Source: Candidatus Thorarchaeota archaeon
Lineage (GTDB): Archaea; Asgardarchaeota; Thorarchaeia; Thorarchaeales; Thorarchaeaceae
DNA: 64,000 nt
Assembly (NCBI GenBank): GCA_029855935.1
Contig: JAGSHN010000005.1
Span: 32,001-96,000 of the forward strand
Direction of reading: 5' to 3'
The stretch's first letter is position 1. The number at the start of each line of letters is the position of its first letter. Below, piece by piece: positions 19,334 to 29,565 of this stretch. The notes beneath the pieces were generated by a model, which worked only from the letters and a program-made list of their open reading frames with translations, did no database searches and was not told where the DNA came from. Both the position numbers and the translations under genes were made by a program.

Positions 19334-21295
19334 TCACTGCAGATAGGTCGGGCAGGGGAAGGTATCGCACTGCAGACAATGCGTGCACCGTTTGGAGTCT
19401 ACTGCAATCTTACCATCTGGGCCCAGATAGAGAGCATTATGAGGGCACTGCGGAACACAAGACCCACAGCCCTGACAGAAGAGGGCCCGCCGAACCGCAC
19501 GCTCGACCGGAGTGACAAGTTTCCGAACGGTCTGCTCATCAGGGCCACGTATTGTGAGAGAACCAGAGCTGAACAGAACAATGCTCGTCTTGTCAGTTGC
19601 AATACGGACACCGCCAAGCGACTCTGATACGCTGAGTCGTCCGAATATCGGGAGGAGTCTACGAACTCGCTCGATGTCAACACTGGAGGAGAACTGTCCC
19701 TCCACACTGAATCCCGCGGAAACGCATGGCGAGACCCCCTTCACAATCCTAAGGCTCAGCATTTCCGTGGGGGCATCTCTCACGGGTCTGAGAGAGAGCC
19801 CCAGTCGCTCGGCAAGTTCGCGTTGGGCTGGAGGCAGATGCTTCCATCGCCAGAACCCGAGCGTTGCCCACTCTCGGGGAAGACCCTGCTTCTCGGCCCA
19901 GTCCAACAGAAAGTTATGCCAGCGGGCATAGAGGCCCGGATGAGTGACCTTGAGCGACTCCAGCTCTGCCATCGACGAGGCTGGACATAGGTAACATCCC
20001 ATTCGATGATATCCGCGCTCGTAGAGCGGGTTGAACGACACGCCCTCCCGAAATATGTACAACCACACCTCAAGGGCATTCCAGTTCTGAATCGGGTTGG
20101 CAGAAGTCTGTCCCGGCACCCACGGATTGGATGTGACACGAGGCTCCATAGAACGCTGAAACGACTCCAGACGCCGTTGCCCCAGAAATGCCAGTGTGCG
20201 TCCCCCCATCTTCTCGGCAATTGCGGTGGCGGCCGGGCCAAGCTTTAGGACCTTACAGCACCACCGGAAGTCGCGTGCAGGGGGACCAAATGAATCAAGA
20301 GATCTCCAGAAACGACCACCAGCCTTCTCGCCGATTATCTCGACACCGTGCTCCCGTGCTATGCTCCTCACATACTCCACAGTCTCTGGAAGCTCTAGTC
20401 CTGTGTCCATGAAGAACATTGGCGGACTGCGGCCCAGTGCCTTCTCCACAAGCAGATATGTTACAAGAGAGTCCTTCCCCCCACTGAAACCTACGACCAC
20501 AGGAAGGGAGTGACGCTCCACCGTGGAGCGAATGAATTGTATTGCCTCGGCCTCAATCATCTCAAGGTCGGCCCGGTTCGCCTCCACAGCATCAGCCCAG
20601 CTACTGGAGCGGTCGTTGATTGAGGGAGGCTGGGACTCTGCCGACAACCGCACCTTCACGGCCACACCTCTTCGCTCATTCTGCATAGACCGACCGCTCA
20701 TCCGTGCGATGCCGGTTCCGAGGACTTCGTCTTGGGGGCCGAGTATGTATACCTCATCGCCCGGCTCTATGGCGGGGTCACAGTCAGACACACCCGGTAC
20801 GAGCAGACTGCCACCATTCTTGAGATATGGAATCACATCCTCGTGGCACCTCACCCAACTCTTTCTGCTGAAACGAGCAACACGCCTCGCGCCCTCTAGG
20901 GACAGCAGGAAGTTGTAACAAAGACGAGGGATGTCAAAGCGTAGCCTGCCGACGATATGACCATCGACAACTACCTCGAACATTGCATCGATAGCCGATA
21001 CTTTGTTCAACACAATCGTCTTGTTCCGCGGAAAGAGCTTCTCGCCTACGCCAGGCCCGAACTGCCTGTCGACAGCACCAACCATCTGGACGCGATGACC
21101 ATCCATTGCTGGAAAGCTGTCGCCAGGTGGCGAGATTGGTACACGGCGAGGAGGCTGTCCGCACACGCTGCAGAGGGTTTCACGGACTCGCGGTACGTTA
21201 CATGTGTCACACCAGAAGAGGCGAATCTTGCCTAGGTAGGGGGCGTGGCCCCGCCTGAACTTCTTGCGCCTCCTGCGTACATGGCCAGTCCCCAG
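19334..21295 (-). CDS. PAPS-reductase family protein with N-terminal Zn ribbon, PUA domain and C-terminal 4Fe-4S dicluster
   Basis: FSGGKDS, WCCKVLK, RMGCYLCP, CQGCGSC..CP / CTHCLQC. The frame stays open upstream of 21166 (PYLGKIRLFWCDTCNVP) to a CTG at 21295. Confidence 0.85.
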   Translation of the reverse strand: MGTGHVRRRRKKFRRGHAPYLGKIRLFWCDTCNVPRVRETLCSVCGQPPRRVPISPPGDSFPAMDGHRVQMVGAVDRQFGPGVGEKLFPRNKTIVLNKVSAIDAMFEVVVDGHIVGRLRFDIPRLCYNFLLSLEGARRVARFSRKSWVRCHEDVIPYLKNGGSLLVPGVSDCDPAIEPGDEVYILGPQDEVLGTGIARMSGRSMQNERRGVAVKVRLSAESQPPSINDRSSSWADAVEANRADLEMIEAEAIQFIRSTVERHSLPVVVGFSGGKDSLVTYLLVEKALGRSPPMFFMDTGLELPETVEYVRSIAREHGVEIIGEKAGGRFWRSLDSFGPPARDFRWCCKVLKLGPAATAIAEKMGGRTLAFLGQRRLESFQRSMEPRVTSNPWVPGQTSANPIQNWNALEVWLYIFREGVSFNPLYERGYHRMGCYLCPASSMAELESLKVTHPGLYARWHNFLLDWAEKQGLPREWATLGFWRWKHLPPAQRELAERLGLSLRPVRDAPTEMLSLRIVKGVSPCVSAGFSVEGQFSSSVDIERVRRLLPIFGRLSVSESLGGVRIATDKTSIVLFSSGSLTIRGPDEQTVRKLVTPVERAVRRALFCQGCGSCVPQCPHNALYLGPDGKIAVDSKRCTHCLQCDTFPCPTYLQ

Positions 21296-21317
21296 GGCTT
21301 ATCCACTCCATGCCTGC

Positions 21318-21983
21318 TCAGGTTTTGAATCCCGATATGATCTGGACGCCTCTGCTGGCACCAATACGAGTGGCGCCCGCCTCGATCATAGAGATGGCGT
21401 CCTCCAGAGTGCGAATCCCACCTGCAGCCTTGACACCCAGATGATTGCCTACAACACTTCGCATCAGTCGCACGTCCTCCACCGTTGCACCACGAGGACC
21501 AAATCCAGTAGATGTCTTGACAAAGTGCGCACCAGCCTCCTCAGCAAGGCTGCAGCCCAGCCTGACCTCCTCTGTTGTCAGATAGCCGGTTTCGAGAATC
21601 ACCTTCACCGTGTTTCCCTCTGCAGCATCGACAACGGAAACGATGTCATTCCTCACGTCGTCTGTCTGGCCCGCCTTGAGGAAACCAATGTTGATCACCA
21701 TGTCAATCTCAGTGGCACCATCACTGACCGCGGTCTGTGTCTCCAAGGCCTTTGCTCTGCTGCTCATAGCGCCCAGCGGGAAACCCACAACACTACAGAC
21801 CGCTACGTTCTCCCCCTCAAGGAGTGTGCTTGCCAACCTCACGTAGCAGCTGTTCACGCACACAGCGCCGAATGAGAACTCGACTGCCTCGGAGCAGAGC
21901 TCCCGAATCCTGTCCGGGGTCGCAGTGGGTTTCAGCTCAGTGTGATCAATCATCCTTGCAAGTTCGTTTCGCGTTATCTTCAC
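21318..21983 (-). CDS. deoC: Deoxyribose-phosphate aldolase
   Basis: IDHTELKP, VVGFPLG, EIDMVIN, FVKTSTGF, VKAAGGIR. Confidence 0.97.
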   Translation of the reverse strand: MKITRNELARMIDHTELKPTATPDRIRELCSEAVEFSFGAVCVNSCYVRLASTLLEGENVAVCSVVGFPLGAMSSRAKALETQTAVSDGATEIDMVINIGFLKAGQTDDVRNDIVSVVDAAEGNTVKVILETGYLTTEEVRLGCSLAEEAGAHFVKTSTGFGPRGATVEDVRLMRSVVGNHLGVKAAGGIRTLEDAISMIEAGATRIGASRGVQIISGFKT

Positions 21984-22055
21984 AGCGAGAGCACCGGGTG
22001 CTGTGCCTCGCCACCACTATTAACCGCTTCGAAACGTACCAGCGGTATGACTCAC

Positions 22056-22394
22056 TCATCGTCCGCCGAGATAACTCCGGATGTCGTCCATCACCTCTTT
22101 CTGTAGTCGAATGACATCGTGAACCTCGATCTCTTCTGCATCCTTGACCACGGAGTTGAGCTGGACGACTGTGCCGACAGTTTCAACCTTCGAGAAGTCA
22201 ACGGGAAACTCCACCTCGGCCCCTTTCACAATGAGCTCGGACCTTGTGGGATGAAGACCTATCCGAACACTGCGGACAATTCCTATGCGGCGGGCCCTAC
22301 TGTCCAGTACCTCCTTGCCAATCAGTCTTCCTGGCATGGTGAGTTCATAGAGTTCGGCTTCAATGCTCGGTATGGTGTCCTCTTTGGCCGTCAT
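22056..22394 (-). CDS. PRC-barrel domain protein
   Basis: LIGKEVLDSRARRIGIVRSVRI...VDFSKVETVGTVV. Confidence 0.7.
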   Translation of the reverse strand: MTAKEDTIPSIEAELYELTMPGRLIGKEVLDSRARRIGIVRSVRIGLHPTRSELIVKGAEVEFPVDFSKVETVGTVVQLNSVVKDAEEIEVHDVIRLQKEVMDDIRSYLGGR

Positions 22395-22668
22395 CGTAAT
22401 GATGCTCCTAAGATCTCAACTCTAAATGGCATAACACACGTTTTTTACGGTAAGTATTACACAGGAGGATGAACAATGCGCACGACAGACGCACCTGACA
22501 ACGGAATGAGGCGTCTTGGAACTGCAAGACTCTGTCCCTGCTGTCGTTGATATAGATTAGGCGCAGAATCGTGACCGAGAGTGCCTGTGCGTGAACATCA
22601 TCAGAGAACATGTGGCAATGTCCGTCGGCCGGGATGATTCTGCACCTATCAAGGAGAGGTAGAGCCCC

Positions 22669-24987
22669 GTGGAGCGCAGACCTGATACAATAGAAATGCC
22701 GCTGATTCGACCGAATACAATCGAGTACAGGGAATATCAGGTCAACTTGGCCAGGATTGCAGCCGAAGAGGACACACTGATAGTGCTCAGCACAGGACTT
22801 GGAAAGACCGTCATAGCAGCCCTTGTGGCCGCAATCCGGCTTGACAGGTTCCATGACTCACAGGTCCTCTTTCTCGCACCCTCAAGACCTCTGGTGGACC
22901 AGCAGGCGAGATTCCTGAGAGCCGCACTCACGCTCCCTGAGAACAGCGTCATTTGCCTCACAGGACAGGATGGTCCTGCCGCGCGGCGAGATAAGTGGGA
23001 CACAGCGAGAGTCATCGTGATGACGCCACAGGCGCTACAGAACGATCTCGTCCAAGGGAGCTACGACCTTGCAGATGTATGTCTGATAGTGTACGATGAG
23101 GCCCACCGCGGCGTTGGGAACTACGCGTATACGTTCATCGCGGGGATGTATGAGAAGCAGGGGATCCACCGACGGTCTCTCGGCCTCACAGCATCCCCGG
23201 GGAGCGATAGCGAACACATCCGTACCGTGTGTAGCAATCTCCGACTCAAGAGGGTGGAGGTCAGGGACCATAGCAGCCCGGATGTCCGGCCATACGTGGT
23301 AGGGGTGAATACGGACATCAAGTATGTACATCTCCCATCGGAGATTGAGGTGCTTCGGGACATGTTGTACGATCTGCTAAAGGTCTATCTCGCTCCGTTG
23401 AAGAACTACGGCTACACCATCTCCGACCCAAAGAGACTCGGCAAACGGGAGATACTGGACCTTCAGATGCAGATTCGAAGGGAGATAGGAACGTACACGA
23501 AACCGCCGCGCCATCTCTTCACTTTGGTCAGAAACCTTACGGCGGCTCTTCGCGTGAACAGTCTTCTTGAGTTCGTCGGAACTCAGGGCCTACTACCAAC
23601 ATTCCGATACATCCAGGGAATATACGAAGAGGTGAGGAATAGGAGAGGGTCCAAGGGGGTAAAGGATTTGATATCAAGGTCAGAGTTCCGGGAGTTCGAG
23701 AAACTCCTGCAGGCCCTGATAGCTAACGGGATGCGACACCCCAAGGCGGACCTCCTGCTGGAGATTGTAGAGGAGCAGCTCTCTATCAATCCTGACTCTA
23801 GAATACTTGTCTTCACACGATACCGCGACACAGCATCAGAAGTAGCAGAGATAATTGACAGTCTCGATGCAGCACGCGTGAGCAGGTTTGTCGGCCAAGG
23901 TTCTCGGTCGCTCGACAAGGGCTTTACTCAGAAGAAACAAGTGGAGGTGCTGGACGCATTCAGGCTGAACGAGTTCAATGTTCTCGTGGCCACGCAGGTG
24001 GGTGAGGAGGGGCTCGATATCCCAGAGTGTAATCTAGTGGTGTTCTACGATTGCGTACCGTCAGTCGTCCCGTTCATTCAGAGAAAGGGACGCACTGGCA
24101 GACGTACTCCTGGCCGAGTCGTGATCTTCGTTGCGAAAGGCACCCATGATGAGTACTACTACTGGAGCGTCAAGAACAAGCTCAGGCGTATGAGTTCCAC
24201 TCTCAGAGAGGTGGGAGAGATTGTGGAGGAAGAGAAACAGACAAGAATTGACGAGTTCGAGGAAGAGGCCGCGCCAGCCATTGAGAGGGAACCAACTGAG
24301 AGAGCCAGCCAGACGTTTCGGGCCAAGTTGATAGTAGACACGAGGGAGATGCCCACAGCAGTGGCCAGAGAACTGGCTAGGCTGGACGTCCAGATTGTCG
24401 GAGAGCAACTCCAGATAGGAGACTATGTGGCCTCAGAGGAGGTGGCCATCGAACGCAAGGATGTGGGCGACTTTGTGCAGTCCCTGATTGATGGCAGACT
24501 CTTCTCGCAACTGACATCACTGAGAGCAGCGTATCGGAGGCCAGTCCTAATAATCGAAGGGGAACAACTTCTGGGACAGAGAGCCGTGAACCCGGCGGCA
24601 ATCTTCGGTGCCTTGGCCTCCATTGCCATCCGCCTCCAAGTCCCAATACTGTGGACTAGGTCTCCAGAGGAAACCGCCCTTCTACTCTACCGAATAGCAG
24701 TCATTGAGCAGAGAGAGGAACGGAGGACCCTGAGGACACGCGCTGCCGATTCTAAGGCGACAGATGCAGAGGTCCTTGAGTATATATTGTCAGGCTTTCC
24801 AGGCGTTGACACTGTGATATCTCGTGCCCTCCTAGAGCATTTTGGAACTCTGGAGAACGTGTTCAATGCCGAAGAGAGAGAGTTGCGCAAGGTCAAGGGG
24901 GTCGGCCCCAAGACTGCCAGCTCAATCAAGAGGCTATTGAGAACGAAGTATCCTTTGTACGGAGAGAGTCGGTCGGCCGATCAGTAG
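22669..24987 (+). CDS. hef: Hef/FANCM-like DEAH helicase fused to an ERCC4 nuclease
   Basis: REYQ, TGLGKT, DEAHR, LTASPG, EEGLDIP, QRKGRTGR; nuclease GDY...ERK; HhH GVGPK. Confidence 0.95.
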   Translation: MERRPDTIEMPLIRPNTIEYREYQVNLARIAAEEDTLIVLSTGLGKTVIAALVAAIRLDRFHDSQVLFLAPSRPLVDQQARFLRAALTLPENSVICLTGQDGPAARRDKWDTARVIVMTPQALQNDLVQGSYDLADVCLIVYDEAHRGVGNYAYTFIAGMYEKQGIHRRSLGLTASPGSDSEHIRTVCSNLRLKRVEVRDHSSPDVRPYVVGVNTDIKYVHLPSEIEVLRDMLYDLLKVYLAPLKNYGYTISDPKRLGKREILDLQMQIRREIGTYTKPPRHLFTLVRNLTAALRVNSLLEFVGTQGLLPTFRYIQGIYEEVRNRRGSKGVKDLISRSEFREFEKLLQALIANGMRHPKADLLLEIVEEQLSINPDSRILVFTRYRDTASEVAEIIDSLDAARVSRFVGQGSRSLDKGFTQKKQVEVLDAFRLNEFNVLVATQVGEEGLDIPECNLVVFYDCVPSVVPFIQRKGRTGRRTPGRVVIFVAKGTHDEYYYWSVKNKLRRMSSTLREVGEIVEEEKQTRIDEFEEEAAPAIEREPTERASQTFRAKLIVDTREMPTAVARELARLDVQIVGEQLQIGDYVASEEVAIERKDVGDFVQSLIDGRLFSQLTSLRAAYRRPVLIIEGEQLLGQRAVNPAAIFGALASIAIRLQVPILWTRSPEETALLLYRIAVIEQREERRTLRTRAADSKATDAEVLEYILSGFPGVDTVISRALLEHFGTLENVFNAEERELRKVKGVGPKTASSIKRLLRTKYPLYGESRSADQ

Positions 24988-25649
24988 ACCTCGGGGTTTT
25001 TCCCTGCACCTCTACGATAGGCATCTCGCAGAGCGTCCGTCACTTCTCGACTGATCTGCCAGTAGTGCTCATAGTCGGTGTCGTGGAGACTTATGATACT
25101 CAGGAGGCGCCGAAGAGCGACATAGACCTCAGGGTCGATGACGGGGACCATCCGGAGCATCTGTTCTGCATGTCCGCGACCCTTTCGCCAGAGCTCGTCC
25201 CACTCCACGTACTTCTTGGCCAGTTCTCTGATCTCCGGCTCACTAGGAATCGCAAATCCCATCTGTTTCATGACTGAAACAATGTTGTAGGCGGTGGCAA
25301 TGTCTGCAGCGCGCCTGGATGGAAGATTATCGAGGTTCTCAGTCGCGATAAAGATATTCTCTGCTGTGGCACGCCAGACCTTTTTCATGATGTGGGTATC
25401 GCCATTCCCCGCTGGCTCGTAGCCGTCCTGCCGAATCAGGCCGCTCCGGGCCAGTTCCTTGAGGTGATACCTCACGGTCTGAGGCTTGATTTCCTTGTTG
25501 GGATCCTGCTGTGATAGGAATTCCACTATCTCGCTCGTTGACATCCTGCGTGCCTTGAGGGCATGAAAAATCCTGCGTCGGGTTTCGTCGGATAGGGCCT
25601 TGAATGCCTGAATTGCCTCATCGCCTGTCAGTATCTTTAGAGAATCCAT
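24981..25649 (-). CDS. ArsR-family winged-helix transcriptional regulator
   Basis: AFKALSDETRRRIFHAL...PQTVRYHLKELARSGLI. Start taken at MDSLK. Confidence 0.8.
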   Translation of the reverse strand: MDSLKILTGDEAIQAFKALSDETRRRIFHALKARRMSTSEIVEFLSQQDPNKEIKPQTVRYHLKELARSGLIRQDGYEPAGNGDTHIMKKVWRATAENIFIATENLDNLPSRRAADIATAYNIVSVMKQMGFAIPSEPEIRELAKKYVEWDELWRKGRGHAEQMLRMVPVIDPEVYVALRRLLSIISLHDTDYEHYWQISREVTDALRDAYRRGAGKNPEVY

Positions 25650-25790
25650 CCCACAATCACCCGTCATACAAGAAGAGTTGCCACTCGATATTCCGCCAAT
25701 GATCTCCCGTATCATGCGTCCCGAAGTAATCGTGACTAGGTCGGCGTCCGAGCGAGAGGAGGAGTCATCAGCAGAAGCCATTCGTCTGCC

Positions 25791-26042
25791 TCACGCCGGT
25801 ATGTAGATGTACTGGCGCATGTCCTGTAGACAGGGTACTCTCTTGATCAGCTTCTTCTTGAGTAGCTTTCTCAGTGCATACCTGACAGTCCTAGGCGCGA
25901 AAGACACCTTGTCCAGTAGCTGCTTTGGTGTCACCCCGTCCTTTCCACTGCTGCGCAGGATATCAAGGACTATCATCTGGCTCTTCGTGAGCTTCATGTC
26001 CTTGAGCTCTTCCCGAAGTTCTGCATCGGTCATCATTTCCAA
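25791..26042 (-). CDS. Small winged-helix DNA-binding protein
   Basis: LTKSQMIVLDIL...PRTVRYALRKL..KKLIKRVP..QDMRQYIY. Confidence 0.75.
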   Translation of the reverse strand: MEMMTDAELREELKDMKLTKSQMIVLDILRSSGKDGVTPKQLLDKVSFAPRTVRYALRKLLKKKLIKRVPCLQDMRQYIYIPA

Positions 26043-26231
26043 TCGGTATCTCCTTCAAATTGTGTTATCGTGTTCCCGGGTGGCAGTCTCTTCACTGCCC
26101 CACGATACACTAGATTGTACACACAGTGACCCTTATTAATTTATCGCCGTCTGGCTATGCGTACCGCGGTCTATCACCGCGCCATAAACGTGCAAATGAT
26201 TTATCCGAGAGCAGGGTGATGGACGGGCCGA

Positions 26232-27518
26232 GTGAAGATGAAGGCAGCAATCCTTGCAGCAGGCGAGTCCACTAGAATGCGACCGTTGTCAGCATATGTG
26301 CCTAAGCACCTCCTCCCAGTAGCGGGGGAGCCGATGATATTTCACACCCTCAGAGGCCTGAGGGCCGCAGGGATAAGGGATGTACTGATAGTCACCGGAT
26401 ATATGGAGGAAGAGCTCAGAAGGACCATTGATGATCGTGACTGGGGACCAATGAGTATCGCCTATGTGACTCAGACCGAGCGGCGGGGGACGGCTGATGC
26501 CGCATCATTTGCAAGAGAGTTCGCTGGCGATGAGAATCTTCTGCTCATGTATGGAGATGTCATGGTGGGACCCGGGACCTTTGAGGGGCTTGTGAGGGCC
26601 CACAGAGAGAGCGGACTGGCACTTACGCTATCAGTCATCGAGATGGAGGACCCGACCGCGTACGGGGTCGTTGTTGTTGGTGATGACGGATGTGTGAAAC
26701 GACTTGTCGAGAAGCCGAGTAGAGATAATCTGCCGAGTAACCTCGTGAATGCTGGTGTATACGTGGTAGGCCCAGAACTGTGGGAGGCTATTGAAAAGAC
26801 GGAGGAGTCGGAGCGAGGAGAACGAGAGATCACGGACTCCATTAGCCTGCTCATTGAGAGAGGGGTCGTGGGAGCCTATTGGTTGCCCTCGTGGTGGATA
26901 GATGTCGGTCGACCGTGGGACCTTCTTGAGGCCAACGAATTGATTCTCAGAGATGCTATGAGAAGGGTCGATGGTGACATCGAGGAGGGCGTAGTTCTCA
27001 AGGGACCTGTGATTGTGGAGAGGGGTGCAACCGTCAGGTCGGGCGCCTACATAATCGGTCCCGCGTATATTGGGCCAGAGTGTGTTGTTGGGCCCAACTG
27101 TTTCATCAGACCGTACACCTGTTTGGTACGGAAGGTCAAGATAGGCAACGCTGTTGAGATAAAGAACAGTATCATCATGGAGGGCACCAATATCGGACAT
27201 CTGTCTTATGTGGGCGACTCTGTCATAGGCAGGAGGGTCAACTTCGGTGCTGGGACTATCACTGCAAACCTGCGACACGACAATCGGCCCGTCAAGGTGA
27301 CAGTCAAGGACCAGAGAGTGAGTTCCGGACGGAGGAAGCTGGGAGCCATCATCGGCGACAACGTGAAGACGGGCATAGGGACCTCCATAGGACCAGGTGT
27401 AGTGATTCATCAGGACTCTAGGACGGGGATTGGCGTGATAGTTGACAGGGACATACCGCCCGGGCGACTCGTTGTGGCGGACCAGCCCCGACGCGTGCTC
27501 GACGTTACAAGGATGTAG
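26232..27518 (+). CDS. glmU: Bifunctional sugar-1-phosphate nucleotidyltransferase/acetyltransferase (GlmU-like)
   Basis: ILAAGESTRMRPL...PKHL, VEKP, hexapeptide LbH region with HLSYVGDS, NFGAGT. Confidence 0.9.
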   Translation: MKMKAAILAAGESTRMRPLSAYVPKHLLPVAGEPMIFHTLRGLRAAGIRDVLIVTGYMEEELRRTIDDRDWGPMSIAYVTQTERRGTADAASFAREFAGDENLLLMYGDVMVGPGTFEGLVRAHRESGLALTLSVIEMEDPTAYGVVVVGDDGCVKRLVEKPSRDNLPSNLVNAGVYVVGPELWEAIEKTEESERGEREITDSISLLIERGVVGAYWLPSWWIDVGRPWDLLEANELILRDAMRRVDGDIEEGVVLKGPVIVERGATVRSGAYIIGPAYIGPECVVGPNCFIRPYTCLVRKVKIGNAVEIKNSIIMEGTNIGHLSYVGDSVIGRRVNFGAGTITANLRHDNRPVKVTVKDQRVSSGRRKLGAIIGDNVKTGIGTSIGPGVVIHQDSRTGIGVIVDRDIPPGRLVVADQPRRVLDVTRM

Positions 27519-27544
27519 TAGAGAATCGTAGCTGGTGCGATCAC

Positions 27545-29068
27545 TTGTCACAGTTTCCCCGCGAGATTAACACTGTCACCAAGGATGTGAGACAAGTCAA
27601 CATCCTGTTCGCGCTCTGCTATCCCTCCACATACCGCGCGGGGATGAGCGGACTCGCAATGCATCTCTTTTATTCAGCGCTCAATGCACGCCAGGACACC
27701 TCATGTGAGCGATACTTTAGATTCGACACCCCCTCTCCTGTTCGGTCTCTTGAGAGCGGCCGTGGGCTGAGGGACAATCATATCGTTGGATTCTCCCTGA
27801 CCTATGAAATCGATATTCTTCATCTCGTGCAGATGCTTGAGATGGCGGGCATCCCAGCCTTTGCATCGGACAGGGAGTGTGATGACCCCATAGTCATCAT
27901 CGGAGGACCAGCCGTAAGTGCCAACCCCCTCCCCTTCTCAAGATTTGCTGACGCGTTCGTCATCGGCGAGGGCGATTTGGTAATTCACGACATAGTCGAC
28001 ACTGTGGGGGAAGACAAGAGTCGGAATGATATCATAGATGCAATTGCGGACATAGAGGGGGTGTATGTCCCCCACAGATCGGAGGGGCCGGTCCGTAGGC
28101 TCAAGATTGACAATATTGACCACATCTTCCATCCGACCCGTCAGATAGTCGCGGATGTTCCTGATGGGAGTCGCCATCAACCCATCTTCGGAAGAGCCCT
28201 GCTGGTCGAGGTCACACGAGGCTGTGGTCATGCCTGCAAGTTCTGTCTGATTGGCCATATCCCGGGGCCACGCAGGGCAAGGTCCCTTGAGCGTCTGCAG
28301 TCCATCATCCAGAGAGGTATTGCCGAAACGCCAGTGAAGAAGCTTGCCCTTATCGGGTCGTCGCTAGGTGATATGCCCCGTCTACAGGAACTGATAGACT
28401 GGATTGTGGGAGCGGGACTACAGCTGTCGGTGCCATCACTCAGGGCCGACACGGTCACTCAAGAACTGGTGTCGTCCATTGCGAAGGGTGGACAGAGGAC
28501 GCTCACGATTGCCCCCGAAACTGGTACCGAGGAGTTGCGCAGACGCGTAGGCAAGGGGATTAGGGACGACCAGATAGAGAGAGCAATTGACATGGCAGAG
28601 TCCGCAGGAATGCACGCCGTGAAGTTGTATTTCATAGTAGGTCTGCCAAGCGAGCAAGAGTCCGACGTTGCCGCCATAGCTGAGATGGTGAGGTCACTTG
28701 CAGAGCGGCACCGGATACGCATAACGGTTGGTGTGAACCCCTTTGTACCGAAGGCCCATACGAGGTTCGAGAGAGAGGCCCAACCCTCGCTTGAGGTCAT
28801 CCGTGCCAAGATTCGACTCGTAGAGGAACGTCTCCGCAGTGTGCCGAGGGTCATATTTGAGGGACTCGATCCTAGGGAGGCCCGAGTTCAGGCTGCACTA
28901 TCAATGGGGGACGAGTCCCTCTCCGAGGTGATACTGTTGGCATCAAGATACGGCGGACTTGGAGGATGGAGAAGGGCAGAACGTGAGAGCGGCATCGCAT
29001 TCTTCTCCGTGGCAAGCGACACATCAAGGCGAGAGGGGGATCTCCCCTGGTCATTTATAGTGGACTAG
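27545..29068 (+). CDS. Radical SAM protein
   Basis: EVTRGCGHACKFC (CxxxCxxC), PSLRAD, TIAPE, YFIVGLP, FVPKAHT. Confidence 0.88.
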   Translation: MSQFPREINTVTKDVRQVNILFALCYPSTYRAGMSGLAMHLFYSALNARQDTSCERYFRFDTPSPVRSLESGRGLRDNHIVGFSLTYEIDILHLVQMLEMAGIPAFASDRECDDPIVIIGGPAVSANPLPFSRFADAFVIGEGDLVIHDIVDTVGEDKSRNDIIDAIADIEGVYVPHRSEGPVRRLKIDNIDHIFHPTRQIVADVPDGSRHQPIFGRALLVEVTRGCGHACKFCLIGHIPGPRRARSLERLQSIIQRGIAETPVKKLALIGSSLGDMPRLQELIDWIVGAGLQLSVPSLRADTVTQELVSSIAKGGQRTLTIAPETGTEELRRRVGKGIRDDQIERAIDMAESAGMHAVKLYFIVGLPSEQESDVAAIAEMVRSLAERHRIRITVGVNPFVPKAHTRFEREAQPSLEVIRAKIRLVEERLRSVPRVIFEGLDPREARVQAALSMGDESLSEVILLASRYGGLGGWRRAERESGIAFFSVASDTSRREGDLPWSFIVD

Positions 29069-29161
29069 GTGAGAATAGCCGACAGGAATTATGTTATAAG
29101 CGTGCCAGGACTAGCTCATTATGGATGGCCGAAATGCCCCCTGTCACTGCGGTGAGCACTG

Positions 29162-29506
29162 ATGGAACGAGACGAGTTCGAGAAGGCGTTTCCAGCGCTC
29201 AGTGAGGAGATCAGGACAGGCAAGACAAAGACGTATAGGATTACTGGAGTCCGTCTGGAGATGAAGGAAGAGAGTGAGAGCGACTCGAACCAAGACCAAG
29301 GGACCTTCCTGCCCGATGTCGTTGACTACATCCGCCGATGCGACACAGTGCCACAGGCACTTGAGATAGTCGACTATCTCCTGAAACAGGGTGAGATAAG
29401 CAGGTCGGAGGCGTCATCAATCAAACGTCAATTGAAGACGCAGGGTCTCAGAAGTTTTGGTTCAAAGAAGGAGAAGGACTACTATCTCCACCACGGAATT
29501 GGCTGA
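29162..29506 (+). CDS. DUF2095 family protein
   Basis: EFEKAFPAL...PDVVDYIRRCDT...ALEIVDYL...GLRSFGSKKE..YY. Confidence 0.8.
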   Translation: MERDEFEKAFPALSEEIRTGKTKTYRITGVRLEMKEESESDSNQDQGTFLPDVVDYIRRCDTVPQALEIVDYLLKQGEISRSEASSIKRQLKTQGLRSFGSKKEKDYYLHHGIG

Positions 29507-29565
29507 GCGGTTCCAGACACCTTCTCACAATTGAGGTCGAATATGAAGAAAAAAGAGGCGGGAGA

